Positions 1 through 10,502 of a stretch of 64,000 nucleotides of DNA are shown here, one piece after another. A program made the position numbers and the translations under genes. The first letter of the stretch is position 1. Each line of letters begins with the position of its first letter. Where the stretch lies: NCBI GenBank assembly GCA_942491425.1, contig CALOAV010000030.1, forward strand, positions 50,934 through 114,933. Reading direction: 5' to 3'. This DNA comes from an uncultured Cytophagales bacterium. GTDB taxonomy: Bacteria > Bacteroidota > Bacteroidia > Cytophagales > Cyclobacteriaceae. The notes under the pieces were generated by a model. It made no database searches, was not told the origin of the DNA, and saw nothing but the letters and a program-made list of their open reading frames with translations.

Positions 1-7
1 TAATTGA

Positions 8-1351
8 CTAAGCTCCAAAAAGTGGTGCTATTAATTTCCAGATATCGTTTCCGAAAACAAAGACCATTAACGTAAGTAAAATGATCATCCCTACTTTCTG
101 AGCGTTTTCAAGGAACTTATCTGAAGGCTTGCGACCCGAAATCATCTCGTACAAGAGAAATACAACGTGTCCGCCATCGAGTGCCGGGATAGGCAATAAA
201 TTCATAAATGCCAATACCATAGAAAGTAATCCGGTTAAACTCCAGAATCTGAACCAATCCCATTCCCCACCATACGCCTGTGCAATACCAATGGGTCCGG
301 AAAGTGATTTGCGCAATGACAGGTCTCCGCTAAAAATTTTCTTGAATGCTTTAAGCTGAACAAAAACAACGGCGAAAGCCTTCTCTGTTCCCGTCACAAG
401 GGATTCACCAAATCCATATTCAATCTTTGCCAGCTTTGCCTTATCCCAGGGTTTGGTATAAAAACCAATCGTGGAATCTTTGACAAACTCCTCTTTAAAA
501 GAAAGTATTTTACCAGCGCGTTTCACCTCAAAAGAAATTGAATCGCGTTTTGCCGACTTTACAATTTCTACCACTTCATCGTGATACGTAACAGGGATAT
601 CATTGATTTTTATAAACTCATCATCTTCCTGCAACCCAACACGTGAAGCAATGGTATTTTCAGAGACCTCTCCAATAACGGCCTTAAAGCGTGGTGCTAC
701 AAAATTAGAGGCTGATTCTTTGTTGCTAAAAGATTCAATGAAATTCGTTGGGATTTCAATTCTTACTTCCTTTCCATCACGAATTACCGTGTAGTATGCA
801 TCTTGTGTAAGTAAATTATCAGGCTTGGTAATTTGTTGAAAATCATCAAATTCCTGACCGTTTATTTTAACAATTTTATCACCTGTTCTAAGCCCGATTT
901 CTTTTGCTAAATCCAGGGCATAAATTCCGCCATTTTCATTAACTAAATCTTTTGGAATATACTCATCACCATAAATGAATGTGAGGGATATGAAAATTAA
1001 AATCCCCATGATCACATTAACAATAATTCCTCCGAGCATCACAATCAAGCGTTGCCAGGCGGGTTTTGATCTAAACTCCCAGGGTTGCGGGGGTTGATTC
1101 ATCGTTTCGGTGTCGAGCGACTCATCAATCATCCCAGAGATTTTAACATATCCACCGAGTGGTATTGCACTAATGGCATATTCGGTCTCTCCTTTCTTGA
1201 ACGACCAGATTTTGGGTGGGAACCCTATCGAAAATTGCTCAACCCGCATACCGAAGTATTTCGCGGTCAGCAAATGTCCAAACTCATGTACTGCTACTAA
1301 AATCGAAAGACTCAGTAAAATCTGAGCCGTCATTATCAAACCTTCCATCAA
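8..1351 (-). CDS. rseP: RIP metalloprotease RseP (site-2 protease, M50 family)
   Basis: 447-aa ORF; HEFGH zinc motif near the N-terminus within TM segments; PDZ-like central region; conserved LDGG near the C-terminus. Confidence 0.9.
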   Translation of the reverse strand: MMEGLIMTAQILLSLSILVAVHEFGHLLTAKYFGMRVEQFSIGFPPKIWSFKKGETEYAISAIPLGGYVKISGMIDESLDTETMNQPPQPWEFRSKPAWQRLIVMLGGIIVNVIMGILIFISLTFIYGDEYIPKDLVNENGGIYALDLAKEIGLRTGDKIVKINGQEFDDFQQITKPDNLLTQDAYYTVIRDGKEVRIEIPTNFIESFSNKESASNFVAPRFKAVIGEVSENTIASRVGLQEDDEFIKINDIPVTYHDEVVEIVKSAKRDSISFEVKRAGKILSFKEEFVKDSTIGFYTKPWDKAKLAKIEYGFGESLVTGTEKAFAVVFVQLKAFKKIFSGDLSLRKSLSGPIGIAQAYGGEWDWFRFWSLTGLLSMVLAFMNLLPIPALDGGHVVFLLYEMISGRKPSDKFLENAQKVGMIILLTLMVFVFGNDIWKLIAPLFGA

Positions 1352-2512
1352 CTATTTATTAATAAATTCAATCGCTTTATTTCTTGTCATTTTATCCGTC
1401 TGCACATAATCATCATACGCCGGATTGGCAACATAATCCATTTTTTCCATGCATTGTTCCACAATTGCCGACATTCCTAAAAAACTTACCCGATCTTCCA
1501 AAAAAGCAGCTACAGCAACCTCATTGGCAGCATTTAGAACGCAGGGCATGTTCCCACCACGTCTCAGGGCCTCAAATGCCAGCGCAAGATTACGGAAAGT
1601 TTTTAAATCGGGCTTCTCAAATGTGAGGGAAGGGTAATTCAAAAAGTCGAATCTTGGGAATTCGGAGGGTAACCGATCCGGGTACGTCATGGCAAACTGG
1701 ATGGGTAAACGCATATCCGGCAGCCCAAGTTGCGCTTTCATAGATCCATCCTCAAATTGCACCAGTGAATGAATTATAGACTGCGGATGCACAATTACCT
1801 CTACCTGCTCCTGCGACAGGCCAAAGAGCCATTTTGCCTCAATTACTTCTAATCCCTTATTCATCAGGGAGGCTGAATCAATGGTAACTTTAGCCCCCAT
1901 GTTCCAGTTAGGATGCTTAAGTGCTTGCTTTTTGGTTACCGATTCCAGCTCCTCCGTCGATTTTCCCCGAAAAGGACCACCGGATGCCGTTAGAATTATT
2001 TTTTCAATTGGATTATGAAATTCACCCACCAAACACTGAAAAATGGCTGAATGCTCTGAATCTACCGGATAAATATTTACTCCCTTCTCCTCCGCAAGTT
2101 TGGTAATAAGTGCGCCTGCTACCACCAGTGTTTCTTTATTCGCCAGGGCAATATTTTTTCCTGCTTCAATTGCTTTTATGGTTGGAAGAACTCCGGAGTA
2201 GCCCACTAATGCCGTTAGCACTAAATCAATAGTGTCCATTTCCACAACAGATGCCAATGCCTTCACTCCTGCAAAAACTTTTATATCCAACGGGTCGAGC
2301 ACTTCTTTAACCTGTGTGTATAAATTCTCATTCACAATCACTACTGCATTAGGAGTAAACTGTTTTGCCTGTTCGATCAGCAGAGTGGCATTGTTTTGTG
2401 CAGTCAGCACCTCCACTTCAAATGCATCAGGATGTGCAGCAACAACTTCAAGTGCTTGTGTTCCGATGGAGCCGGTGGAACCGAGGATGGCGATTCGTTT
2501 TTTATACTTCAT
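1352..2512 (-). CDS. dxr: 1-deoxy-D-xylulose 5-phosphate reductoisomerase
   Basis: 386 aa; N-terminal NADPH-binding IAILGSTGSIGTQAL motif; full-length Dxr-like; directly follows rseP, as in the common dxr-rseP arrangement. Confidence 0.95.
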   Translation of the reverse strand: MKYKKRIAILGSTGSIGTQALEVVAAHPDAFEVEVLTAQNNATLLIEQAKQFTPNAVVIVNENLYTQVKEVLDPLDIKVFAGVKALASVVEMDTIDLVLTALVGYSGVLPTIKAIEAGKNIALANKETLVVAGALITKLAEEKGVNIYPVDSEHSAIFQCLVGEFHNPIEKIILTASGGPFRGKSTEELESVTKKQALKHPNWNMGAKVTIDSASLMNKGLEVIEAKWLFGLSQEQVEVIVHPQSIIHSLVQFEDGSMKAQLGLPDMRLPIQFAMTYPDRLPSEFPRFDFLNYPSLTFEKPDLKTFRNLALAFEALRRGGNMPCVLNAANEVAVAAFLEDRVSFLGMSAIVEQCMEKMDYVANPAYDDYVQTDKMTRNKAIEFINK

Positions 2513-2589
2513 TCAGTTTAAAAATCCGAGGTTGATTAGAGATTTTAGATTTTAGATTAGTGATTATTGATTTTGGTGATCCATGCATA

Positions 2590-2943
2590 CTACATCCTCG
2601 ACCTCGTAGTTTTCAGTGTCTTAACAAAGATGCTAATTAACTCGTTACATTCTCTAATAATAGTCTCATTTTTAAAATATCCGGTTCTATTCAAAATCTT
2701 CAAACAGTTCAGGGTTTCCCGAAGTTCCTTTAGAACAATTCCCAGTTTATGTGCAAAATCCTTTTTGGATTCTGAACCTAATGCTTCCCCATAATTTAAC
2801 CCGGGTGAAGTCCCTGATCTTAACATTTGATTGCCAAGGTGATTGCCAACCCTATCATTTGGAAGTATTTTAACAAGTTCAACAATTGAAACAGCAAAAT
2901 TAATCAATCGCTCTTCCAAAATAAATTTATACTCTTGTTCCAT
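2590..2943 (-). CDS. Four-helix-bundle protein (23S rRNA intervening-sequence protein family)
   Basis: 117 aa, helical; matches the small Bacteroidota four-helix-bundle family; flanked on both sides by heptamer microsatellites. Confidence 0.75.
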   Translation of the reverse strand: MEQEYKFILEERLINFAVSIVELVKILPNDRVGNHLGNQMLRSGTSPGLNYGEALGSESKKDFAHKLGIVLKELRETLNCLKILNRTGYFKNETIIRECNELISIFVKTLKTTRSRM

Positions 2944-2985
2944 AGCTAACGGTTTTTTTTGTTTATCCTTTATTTTAATTGAAAC

Positions 2986-3040
2986 TCTTCAAAATCACCA
3001 ATCACCAATCACTAATCACCAATCACCAATCACCAATCTA
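2986..3040. repeat. Heptanucleotide microsatellite (AATCACC/AATCACT)n, about 7 units
   Basis: Direct reading: aatcacc aatcacc aatcact aatcacc aatcacc aatcacc. Related degenerate heptamers (gattttagattttagattagtgat) lie at 2525-2575 on the other side of the gene. Confidence 0.9.
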
Positions 3041-3066
3041 AACACTAATCTCTTAATAAATATGGA

Positions 3067-3235
3067 ATTCAATCAATCGCTCCTCCAAAATAAATTTATA
3101 CTCTTGTTCCATAGCTAACGGTTTTTTTTGTTTATCCTTTATTTTAATTGAAACTCTTCAAAATCACTAATCACCAATCACTAATCACTAATCACTAATC
3201 ACTAATCACTAATCACTAATCACTAATCAATCTAT
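3067..3235. repeat. About 100-bp direct duplicate of the four-helix-bundle gene 5' end and upstream region (copy of 2891-2990), followed by an (AATCACT)n array of about 10 units
   Basis: 3067-3165 nearly identical to 2891-2990, including the first 14 codons (MEQEYKFILEERLI) of the gene; then aatcact x about 10 at 3164-3232. Confidence 0.9.
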
Positions 3236-4744
3236 CTATTCAGAAACAAATCCCAATAATTCATCTGCAATTTTCCGATCATTCGACAACCTCGGCACTT
3301 TATTTTGCCCACCGAGTTTACCTTGTGATCTCATGTATTCAATAAATGAACCTTTTTTTAATAATTGAATCACCAGTGTACGTAAAATATTTCCGGTGAT
3401 CAAATCATCGTAGTAAACATTGAGGGTACGCAATTGGTTATCCAGTTCCAATGAAAATGCGGTCATATCAGCTGGGGCGTTGGCAAATTCAATAAACCAT
3501 TCATGGTGTGGGAGCCCATCTTCCGAAATCACCTTGGGAGCTACCGTAAACTCTACCAATTCTACTTCAGGAAATTTTTCACAGGTAAATTTCATTGCCT
3601 TTTCCACTTCTTCCCCAATCACATGCTCACCAAAGGCCGAGATAAAATGCTTGATTCTACCGGTGACCAACAAACGATAGGGGTCTTTCGATACAAATTT
3701 GATGGTATCACCAATGGAGTATCCCCAAAGACCTGCATTGCTATTAATGACTACCGCATAGTTTTTTCCCAACTCCACTTCCTCAATGGATAGACGTGTT
3801 GGGTGTTCATTAAAATATTCTTCCGCAGGAATAAATTCAAAAAAGATTCCGCTGTCTAACAACATCAAAAGACCCTCTGTATGCTGCGTGTCCTGATAAG
3901 CGATAAAACCTTCTGATGCCGGATAGGTTTCGATGGAATCGATTTTCTTGCCAATGGATTCCATCAACTTCGATCTGTAAGGTTCAAAGTTGACACCGCC
4001 ATACACAAACAGGGAAAAATCAGGAAATACATCTTTGATTGGTTTCCCTGTGCGTGCCTGAATCCGATCGAAATACATCTGCACCCAGGGTGGGATTCCA
4101 GAGATCAAAGACATATTCGCATTAATGGTTTCATCGATTATTTTCTCCAGTTTCTCTTCCCAGTCTTCGATGCAATTCGTTTCATAGGTCGGCTTTTGAT
4201 TGGTTCTCAAGTAACCGGGAACATGATGATTCACAATCCCGGAGAGGCGTCCGGTATGAATGCCCGCCTTACTATCCAACACCGGACTACCGGAGAGAAA
4301 AATAAGGCTACCATCCAAAAAAGCGGCTTTCCCGGTTTCATGAACATAACTTAACAATGCGTTTCGTGCACTATTGATATGGTTGGGGATGGAGTCCCTG
4401 GTAATTGGAATGTATTTGGTTCCAGAGGTAGTCCCCGAGGTTTTCGCAAAATACGCAGGCTTTCCGGGCCACAGAATATCGCTGTTACCCGCTAATATCG
4501 AGTTGACATACGGTTTCAGTTCTTCATAATCACGAACAGGAACCTGTTTTTTGAAGTCATCATAGGATTGTATGGATTCAAACCCATGGTCTTTACCAAA
4601 TGCGGTCGGTGCTGCCTTATGAATAAGATTAGAAAAGGTTTTTTTCTGGCTTACTTCAGGGTTCAACGACCATTTTTTGGTCTCTTTAGCAATATAAGCA
4701 GCAAAAGGTTTAGCAAGTACCGACCGAAATCCCATAGCCCACAA
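3236..4744 (-). CDS. GH3 auxin-responsive promoter family protein (acyl-adenylate-forming enzyme superfamily)
   Basis: 502 aa; typical Bacteroidota GH3-family N-terminus; full-length match. Confidence 0.8.
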   Translation of the reverse strand: MWAMGFRSVLAKPFAAYIAKETKKWSLNPEVSQKKTFSNLIHKAAPTAFGKDHGFESIQSYDDFKKQVPVRDYEELKPYVNSILAGNSDILWPGKPAYFAKTSGTTSGTKYIPITRDSIPNHINSARNALLSYVHETGKAAFLDGSLIFLSGSPVLDSKAGIHTGRLSGIVNHHVPGYLRTNQKPTYETNCIEDWEEKLEKIIDETINANMSLISGIPPWVQMYFDRIQARTGKPIKDVFPDFSLFVYGGVNFEPYRSKLMESIGKKIDSIETYPASEGFIAYQDTQHTEGLLMLLDSGIFFEFIPAEEYFNEHPTRLSIEEVELGKNYAVVINSNAGLWGYSIGDTIKFVSKDPYRLLVTGRIKHFISAFGEHVIGEEVEKAMKFTCEKFPEVELVEFTVAPKVISEDGLPHHEWFIEFANAPADMTAFSLELDNQLRTLNVYYDDLITGNILRTLVIQLLKKGSFIEYMRSQGKLGGQNKVPRLSNDRKIADELLGFVSE

Positions 4745-4911
4745 AGCTAAAAAAACTTAAGCAGTACGAAGGAAAAAGTTTGTAAACCATAACTAACTTT
4801 CAGGCGTTATATATTTGCGAAGCAATTTAACCTTCAAACTTTTTTGAAGGTTACATCATCCCTAACGGTTGATGAGCTATATGAGATGAAATTTGAAAAT
4901 CAAATTTAAAA

Positions 4912-6357
4912 ATGAAAAGTACTATTAAAATTATCGTTATTGGATTTATAGCCGGAATTGCCGGTGCCTTTACTTTTTTTAAACTATACAGCCCTTCGGT
5001 ATATCAAAACATGCCCGCGGAGGAAGCCCTTGCAATAAAAGAGGGGCAACCTATTAATTCCTTTGATCATTATCCCACGCAGGTCAATTCCTTTACGGAC
5101 GCTGATGATATTGTTGACTTTAGTGAAGCTGCTGCCAAAACCATTCCCAGTGTTGTTTACATCAACAGTATATCAAAAGGAGTCAGCCAAATGTCGTATC
5201 TGGATTGGATCTTTGGCGGAAGCAGCGGTTCCCAAACACAGGTTAGTAGTGGATCGGGGGTAATTTTTTCCGAGGATGGTTATATCGTGACGAATAACCA
5301 TGTGGTTGAATCTGCAGAACGATTGGAAGTGATCCTGAACAAGCGTGCTTATAAAGCTGAATTAATAGGGAATGATCCCTCGACAGATTTAGCGGTTCTG
5401 AAAATTGATGAAAAAAATTTACCCGCCATTGCCATTGGAAATTCCAGTGACCTAAAAGTGGGCGAATGGGTTGTGGCTGTCGGAAATCCATTTTCATTGT
5501 CATCCACTGTAACTTCTGGAATTGTCAGTGCGAAAGGAAGACGTATTGGAATTCTGGAAGATAAATTTCCAATTGAATCCTTTATCCAAACGGATGCTGC
5601 CATCAACCCCGGTAATTCAGGGGGTGCTTTGGTAAACAAGAAAGGTGAACTTGTGGGCATCAATACAGCGATTCTTTCAAGAACGGGATCCTATACAGGA
5701 TATGCGTTTGCCATTCCTGTCGACATTGCAAAAAAGGTGGTCAGTGATCTGGTAAAATATGGCGTTGTACAAAAAGCATTGTATGGTGGCAATGTGGTGG
5801 AGTATGACTATCAAAATGCTGAGAAATATAATTTGGATACCGATGTTAAAAAATTCAATGGTGTTTTACTGGAGAGCATCCAAAAAGATGGTCCGGCAAA
5901 CAATGCCAATCTAAAACCAGGGGATATTATCACAAAAATTAACGAGACACCGATTAATAGCAAAAGTGAATTTGAAGAAGTAATCGGGTACCGTTACCCT
6001 GGTGATAAAATTAATGTCACCTACATTCGAAACAAGAAAACTGCTACTTCCCAGTTAACGTTAACCAACCGGAACGGCGGAACGGATATTATCAAAAGAG
6101 AAATTGTAAAATCAGCTGCGCTGGGTGTTGAAATGGAAGCTACTGAATATGGGGTTAAAGTTTTTAAGATTCAGGATGGAAGCGTTTTAAAACAAATTGG
6201 TATCTCGGAAAACTTTACCATCATTGCTATTAACCGTGAGCGGGTAAAGGATCCCAGGGAAGTGGAAAAGTTTTTCGAGAACTATCGTGGTCGCGGGTAC
6301 ATCTATGGAATCAATAGCATAAAACAGCAGCGTGAAATTCCATTTACCATTCGGTAG
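4912..6357 (+). CDS. degP: Do/DegP-family periplasmic serine endoprotease with PDZ domains
   Basis: 481 aa; signal/TM N-terminus; trypsin-like catalytic motifs TNNHVV, DLAVLKI, GNSGGAL; two PDZ-like regions at the C-terminus. Confidence 0.9.
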   Translation: MKSTIKIIVIGFIAGIAGAFTFFKLYSPSVYQNMPAEEALAIKEGQPINSFDHYPTQVNSFTDADDIVDFSEAAAKTIPSVVYINSISKGVSQMSYLDWIFGGSSGSQTQVSSGSGVIFSEDGYIVTNNHVVESAERLEVILNKRAYKAELIGNDPSTDLAVLKIDEKNLPAIAIGNSSDLKVGEWVVAVGNPFSLSSTVTSGIVSAKGRRIGILEDKFPIESFIQTDAAINPGNSGGALVNKKGELVGINTAILSRTGSYTGYAFAIPVDIAKKVVSDLVKYGVVQKALYGGNVVEYDYQNAEKYNLDTDVKKFNGVLLESIQKDGPANNANLKPGDIITKINETPINSKSEFEEVIGYRYPGDKINVTYIRNKKTATSQLTLTNRNGGTDIIKREIVKSAALGVEMEATEYGVKVFKIQDGSVLKQIGISENFTIIAINRERVKDPREVEKFFENYRGRGYIYGINSIKQQREIPFTIR

Positions 6358-6507
6358 TATCTGATCAGAAAATTCGAAAAGAGAACCTGAACCCCGCTTT
6401 ACCCATAAAGGGGTTAACTACTAATGCCGGGAGGATTGAAAAGGATGCTTTATCTTCTCAATCCCTGCTATTTTTTTATTATCTTTCTTTGCCCGTTCAA
6501 TCCGTTC

Positions 6508-7602
6508 ATGAGTTCAATTACCTCAAATATGAAGCTTACGCAAGAATCCTTAGCCAGGATTCTGGATTTTCTGCCCTACCCCTTTCTAATTGCGGTAACA
6601 GAAAATGATACGGTTCATGTGAAGTTTGGGAATAAAAAATTTGAAGAAGAAATTGGTTATTCCATTGATGAAATCAGCACCATTGATGAATGGTTTTTAA
6701 AAGCCTACCCCAATTTGTATTACCGTACAGAGATAAAAGCAAAATGGATGGCGAAAGTAGATGACGCGATTCGGGAGAAACGTAATTATGTGGTAGAGCG
6801 GGCTCATATCACTACGAAGCATCGTGGGCAAATGTGGTATGAAGTGAAATCTTCCCTGGCAGGCGATCTCCAGTTGGTAGCCTTTGTGAATATCCACGAT
6901 GTCATTGAAAAAGATAATAAATTAGAGCGTCTCAATGAAAATAAGAACCGTATTCTATCGATCCTTGGACACGACCTTAAATCACCTTTACAGAATTTAG
7001 ACAGACTTATCCAACTATTAGTGGAAGGCGGATTATCAAAGGAAGAATTCGAAAACAACCTGATCACCATTCAACGACTCAGCAAAGAAACCCTCCAGTT
7101 TATTGACACGACACTTACCTGGACAAGGAGTAATTTTGAAGATCACAAACCGGTTCTGCAAAAATTTTCTCTGCATGAGTTGGTCTGCAATATAGTTGGC
7201 CTGTATAACCGGGAATTTGAATCCAAGAAAATTTCGCCATTGATCAATATTCCTATTGATACCATGGTGTTTAGCGATCGGGAGATTATGCATATTGCCA
7301 TTCGAAATATAATTTCCAATGCAATAAAATTTTCACCTGCGGAAACACCCATTATAATTTCCTTTCACGAGCGTGAAAAAAATAACTGTGTAACGATTAC
7401 CGATGAAGGAGAAGGAATGCCTCCTGATATTATCGACCAGATTCTAAAAAATCAACCGACAAAGACTTCTGGTTCCGGCTTTGGCATTGGCCTTCGGCTT
7501 TGCAAAGAGGTGCTGCAACACGTGAAGGGAAGATTGGAAATTAATAGCAGTCCGGGAAAAGGAACTTCTATAACGGTCGTGGTTCCAAAAATCTCCCTTT
7601 AA
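6508..7602 (+). CDS. Sensor histidine kinase (PAS-like plus HisKA/HATPase_c)
   Basis: H-box ILGHDLKSPL; N box IRNIISNAIKFS; G2 box GSGFGIGL. The ORF-track start at 6424 lies in a hydrophobic low-complexity stretch; the internal ATG at 6508 is more plausible. Confidence 0.75.
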   Translation: MSSITSNMKLTQESLARILDFLPYPFLIAVTENDTVHVKFGNKKFEEEIGYSIDEISTIDEWFLKAYPNLYYRTEIKAKWMAKVDDAIREKRNYVVERAHITTKHRGQMWYEVKSSLAGDLQLVAFVNIHDVIEKDNKLERLNENKNRILSILGHDLKSPLQNLDRLIQLLVEGGLSKEEFENNLITIQRLSKETLQFIDTTLTWTRSNFEDHKPVLQKFSLHELVCNIVGLYNREFESKKISPLINIPIDTMVFSDREIMHIAIRNIISNAIKFSPAETPIIISFHEREKNNCVTITDEGEGMPPDIIDQILKNQPTKTSGSGFGIGLRLCKEVLQHVKGRLEINSSPGKGTSITVVVPKISL

Positions 7603-9308
7603 AGAACGTTTTCTTTTACAAGTTGATCAGCATAATCCACTGCCCGCGCAGTTAATGCCATATAGGTGATACTTGGATTTTGTGTTCCTGAACTGGTCAT
7701 GCAGGCGCCATCGGTAACAAATACATTGGGAACACCGTGTACCTGATTCCACTTATTCAGTACACTGGTCTTCGCATCATGTCCCATTCGGGCGGTCCCC
7801 ATTTCATGAATACAGGCACCGGGTGCAGTCTCTTCGTTAAACGACCGGATATCGACACATCCTGCCGCCTCCAGCATCTCAACTGCACACTTCACACCAT
7901 CTTTCCGTAGTTTAATTTCGTTTTCACGAAGTTTAGCATCAAACGTGATGATTGGCATTCCATGCTTATCCTTTTTATCGAAATCCAGAAACATTTTATT
8001 ATCATGGTAGGGTAACATCTCCCCAAAACAAGCCATCGAAATAGAATAATCACCGGGTTTGAATAGTGTTTCTTTTAGTTCTTCTCCGATTACGCCTGCC
8101 GGAGCATTAGCCCTACGGAACGCATCTCCCTGATATCCAAAACCACGCAGGTAATCAGTTTGTTTTGATTCTTCATCTATGTTTCGAAAACGCGGAATAT
8201 AAAATCCATTTGGCTTTCTTCCTTTGTAGTATTTGTCCGCAAATAATTTCGGTAACCTACCCGAAGCACCCATTCCATAATGATGATCCATTAAATTATG
8301 ACCTAGTTCACCGCTGATATTCCCCAGTCCGTCCGGAAAAGTATCCGAGCGACTATTCAGCAATATTGCAGTAGAGCCAACCGTACTTGCATTGCAAAAA
8401 ATAATGCGTGCAAAAAATTCTGTTTCCTCTCCTGTATTCGCATCAATTACTTTTACGCCGGATGCTTTTTTATTTTTTGGATCATATACAATCTCCGCCA
8501 CGATACTATCAGGCCTGATCATCAGGTTACCCGTTCCGGCAGCCACCGCTAAAGTGGCTGAAAGACTACTGAAATATGCTCCGTAGTAACATCCTCGCCA
8601 ACAGCGATTGCGTGTTTGACATTGTCCGCGTGCTCCTTTATGCACTGCAGGATCATATTCCGAAAGGTTTGCCACCCGGCCCGGTGTAACGATTCGCGCT
8701 GGATAAATCTTAGCAACAGATTCCCGTAAATGTTGTTCAGCACAATTCAATGGGAAAGGTTTTAAAAATTTACCATCCGGCACCTGCTTCAATCCTTCCT
8801 TTTGTCCGCTGACCCCTACAAATGTTTCCACGTAATCATACCAGGGTTCAATATCCTTGTATCGTATGGGCCAATCCACACCGATTCCTTCTTTTTTATT
8901 GGCTTCAAAATCTATATCACTCCAGCGATAACAATGACGGCCCCACATAATTGACCTGCCGCCTACGTGATGTCCCCGGATCCAGTCAAATCGATTAATT
9001 TCATTGTATGGATAGTCTGAATCTTTGTTAACCCAATGCTTGTTTTCCTCCGTAACCCACCAATTTAAACGCTCTTGTTTAAAATAATGAAGTGCCTTTT
9101 CTTCTGCTGTTACCAGATTTCGATTGGGCAAATCCCAGGTATCCATATCCGCCGTTGGATATTCCCCATGCTTCACCATACGCCCCCGTTCAAGTACAAG
9201 CGTTTTATATCCTTTATTGCATAATTCCATGGCAGCAAAACCACCACTGATTCCCGACCCGATGACAATAGCATCATAGGTTGCATTCTCTTTTTCTTGT
9301 TGACTCAT
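7599..9308 (-). CDS. GMC-family FAD-dependent oxidoreductase (flavoprotein subunit)
   Basis: 569 aa; N-terminal FAD fold AIVIGSGISGGFAA; GMC-type C-terminus. Confidence 0.85.
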   Translation of the reverse strand: MSQQEKENATYDAIVIGSGISGGFAAMELCNKGYKTLVLERGRMVKHGEYPTADMDTWDLPNRNLVTAEEKALHYFKQERLNWWVTEENKHWVNKDSDYPYNEINRFDWIRGHHVGGRSIMWGRHCYRWSDIDFEANKKEGIGVDWPIRYKDIEPWYDYVETFVGVSGQKEGLKQVPDGKFLKPFPLNCAEQHLRESVAKIYPARIVTPGRVANLSEYDPAVHKGARGQCQTRNRCWRGCYYGAYFSSLSATLAVAAGTGNLMIRPDSIVAEIVYDPKNKKASGVKVIDANTGEETEFFARIIFCNASTVGSTAILLNSRSDTFPDGLGNISGELGHNLMDHHYGMGASGRLPKLFADKYYKGRKPNGFYIPRFRNIDEESKQTDYLRGFGYQGDAFRRANAPAGVIGEELKETLFKPGDYSISMACFGEMLPYHDNKMFLDFDKKDKHGMPIITFDAKLRENEIKLRKDGVKCAVEMLEAAGCVDIRSFNEETAPGACIHEMGTARMGHDAKTSVLNKWNQVHGVPNVFVTDGACMTSSGTQNPSITYMALTARAVDYADQLVKENVL

Positions 9309-9862
9309 ATGCTCCAGATTTTACCTCCAACAGATTCCAGGTCAATGCATGGTTCGTATGCACCAGGTACCGGTAAGTAGTTTAAAAATTTTTCTCCAAT
9401 GATTTCTGAAGAAAGGTAGAAAGAAATGGTTTGTTGCCTCAAGTCAAGGAAAGCACGTTGTGCTTCAACCTGATCGCTGGATTGTATTAATTTGGTGAGT
9501 ATTTTTAGTTTTTCATCCTCACTTGAATTCGGATAATCTTCTTCACCCAGGTACGCTACCAATGCAATAAACTTGTTCCGATATGCAACCTGATCCTCTT
9601 CTTTATAAACACTTGCAACAATCGCATCAATGGTTTGATCGACCCCAACTTCGCTGGCTGCCGGACTGTCCGTGCCAGGAAGAATGACATCCACCAATTC
9701 ATGCACGAGTTGAAAATCTTCCCGGCTAAAAAACCGGGGATTGAAATCGGTGATCGTTTCTTTGCTCGTAGTACACCCCGCTAAAATGGTGGTCAGTAGC
9801 GGGGTTGAAACTGCAGCACCCGTCATCAGGGCAGTATATTTCAATATTTCTCTTCGCTTCAT
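9305..9862 (-). CDS. Gluconate 2-dehydrogenase subunit 3 family protein (Tat-signal small subunit paired with the GMC oxidoreductase)
   Basis: MKRREILKYTALMTGAAV twin-arginine-like signal; overlaps the start of the GMC gene by 4 bp (operon); size and partner typical of this family. Confidence 0.7.
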   Translation of the reverse strand: MKRREILKYTALMTGAAVSTPLLTTILAGCTTSKETITDFNPRFFSREDFQLVHELVDVILPGTDSPAASEVGVDQTIDAIVASVYKEEDQVAYRNKFIALVAYLGEEDYPNSSEDEKLKILTKLIQSSDQVEAQRAFLDLRQQTISFYLSSEIIGEKFLNYLPVPGAYEPCIDLESVGGKIWSI

Positions 9863-9982
9863 GCTGAAAGTTAAGAAAATGATTGAAATTCCTGCCACAG
9901 ATAGTAGGCTGGCTAAAAATTTTAATCCAGATAAAAACCAGCTGTTGAAAGAAAGATTTACGTGTTATGGATTCATGCTGGC

Positions 9983-10399
9983 TTAGAAAAACCGCTTCAG
10001 CAAATCAAGAACTTTCGCACCATTTTCTTCCCGGCCGCTTAAAATGTTATCAAATACTATTTTATCTTCCGCTGATATGCCGGTTTTGAAATCAATCTCA
10101 CTGCCTTTGATTTGACGTGCTCCCATATGCCAGCTAGGAAATGATTTCTCTTTTAAAGGTCCATAGGAAATCATCATGACATTTTTATGACGACTGTCCA
10201 GTTTTATCTTGTCATATAATTCCATAATCACCTTGGACTCTCCCTCCACTAATTGAATAAACTTAGTGTCTGAATACAGTAAAACGCCGGTAATTTCAAG
10301 TGAGGGGTTATTCTTCTCACAAGACATTAATATTTTTTCTATTTCCGCTGAAGTACAATTAGACTGACGGGTGCTGACATAAACGAGTTGTGTTAACAT
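9983..10399 (-). CDS. BLUF-domain blue-light sensor protein (short, single-domain)
   Basis: 138 aa; BLUF hallmarks: conserved Tyr in LVYVS, Gln in FIQLVEG, Trp/Met in SWHMG, plus DSRHKNV. Confidence 0.85.
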   Translation of the reverse strand: MLTQLVYVSTRQSNCTSAEIEKILMSCEKNNPSLEITGVLLYSDTKFIQLVEGESKVIMELYDKIKLDSRHKNVMMISYGPLKEKSFPSWHMGARQIKGSEIDFKTGISAEDKIVFDNILSGREENGAKVLDLLKRFF

Positions 10400-10502
10400 T
10401 GTTTTATTTAGGTTAATGATATAATTGGAAATCTCTGTCTCTCTTAGAAATCCAAAACCTAAACACGTAACTGACCTGATTGTTAGAAAATCTGTAAATT
10501 CT

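Noticed and set aside
2232-2555. 107-aa plus-strand ORF opposite dxr, and similar antisense ORFs inside rseP, dnaA, degP and other genes
   Set aside because: They are antisense to well-supported conserved genes, with no motifs and low-complexity translations.
2986-3235. Possible CRISPR-like or coding repeat (ORF 2843-3118 reads HQSPITNHQSPITN)
   Set aside because: The period is 7 bp with no spacers. The plus-strand ORF is a by-product of the microsatellite and overlaps the real minus-strand four-helix-bundle gene.
4808-4818. Bacteroidota -7 promoter element TATATTTG upstream of degP
   Set aside because: The motif is present, but the nearest upstream TTTG is 28 nt away (19-21 expected) and the region is shared with the divergent GH3 gene. 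Too uncertain to list as a feature.
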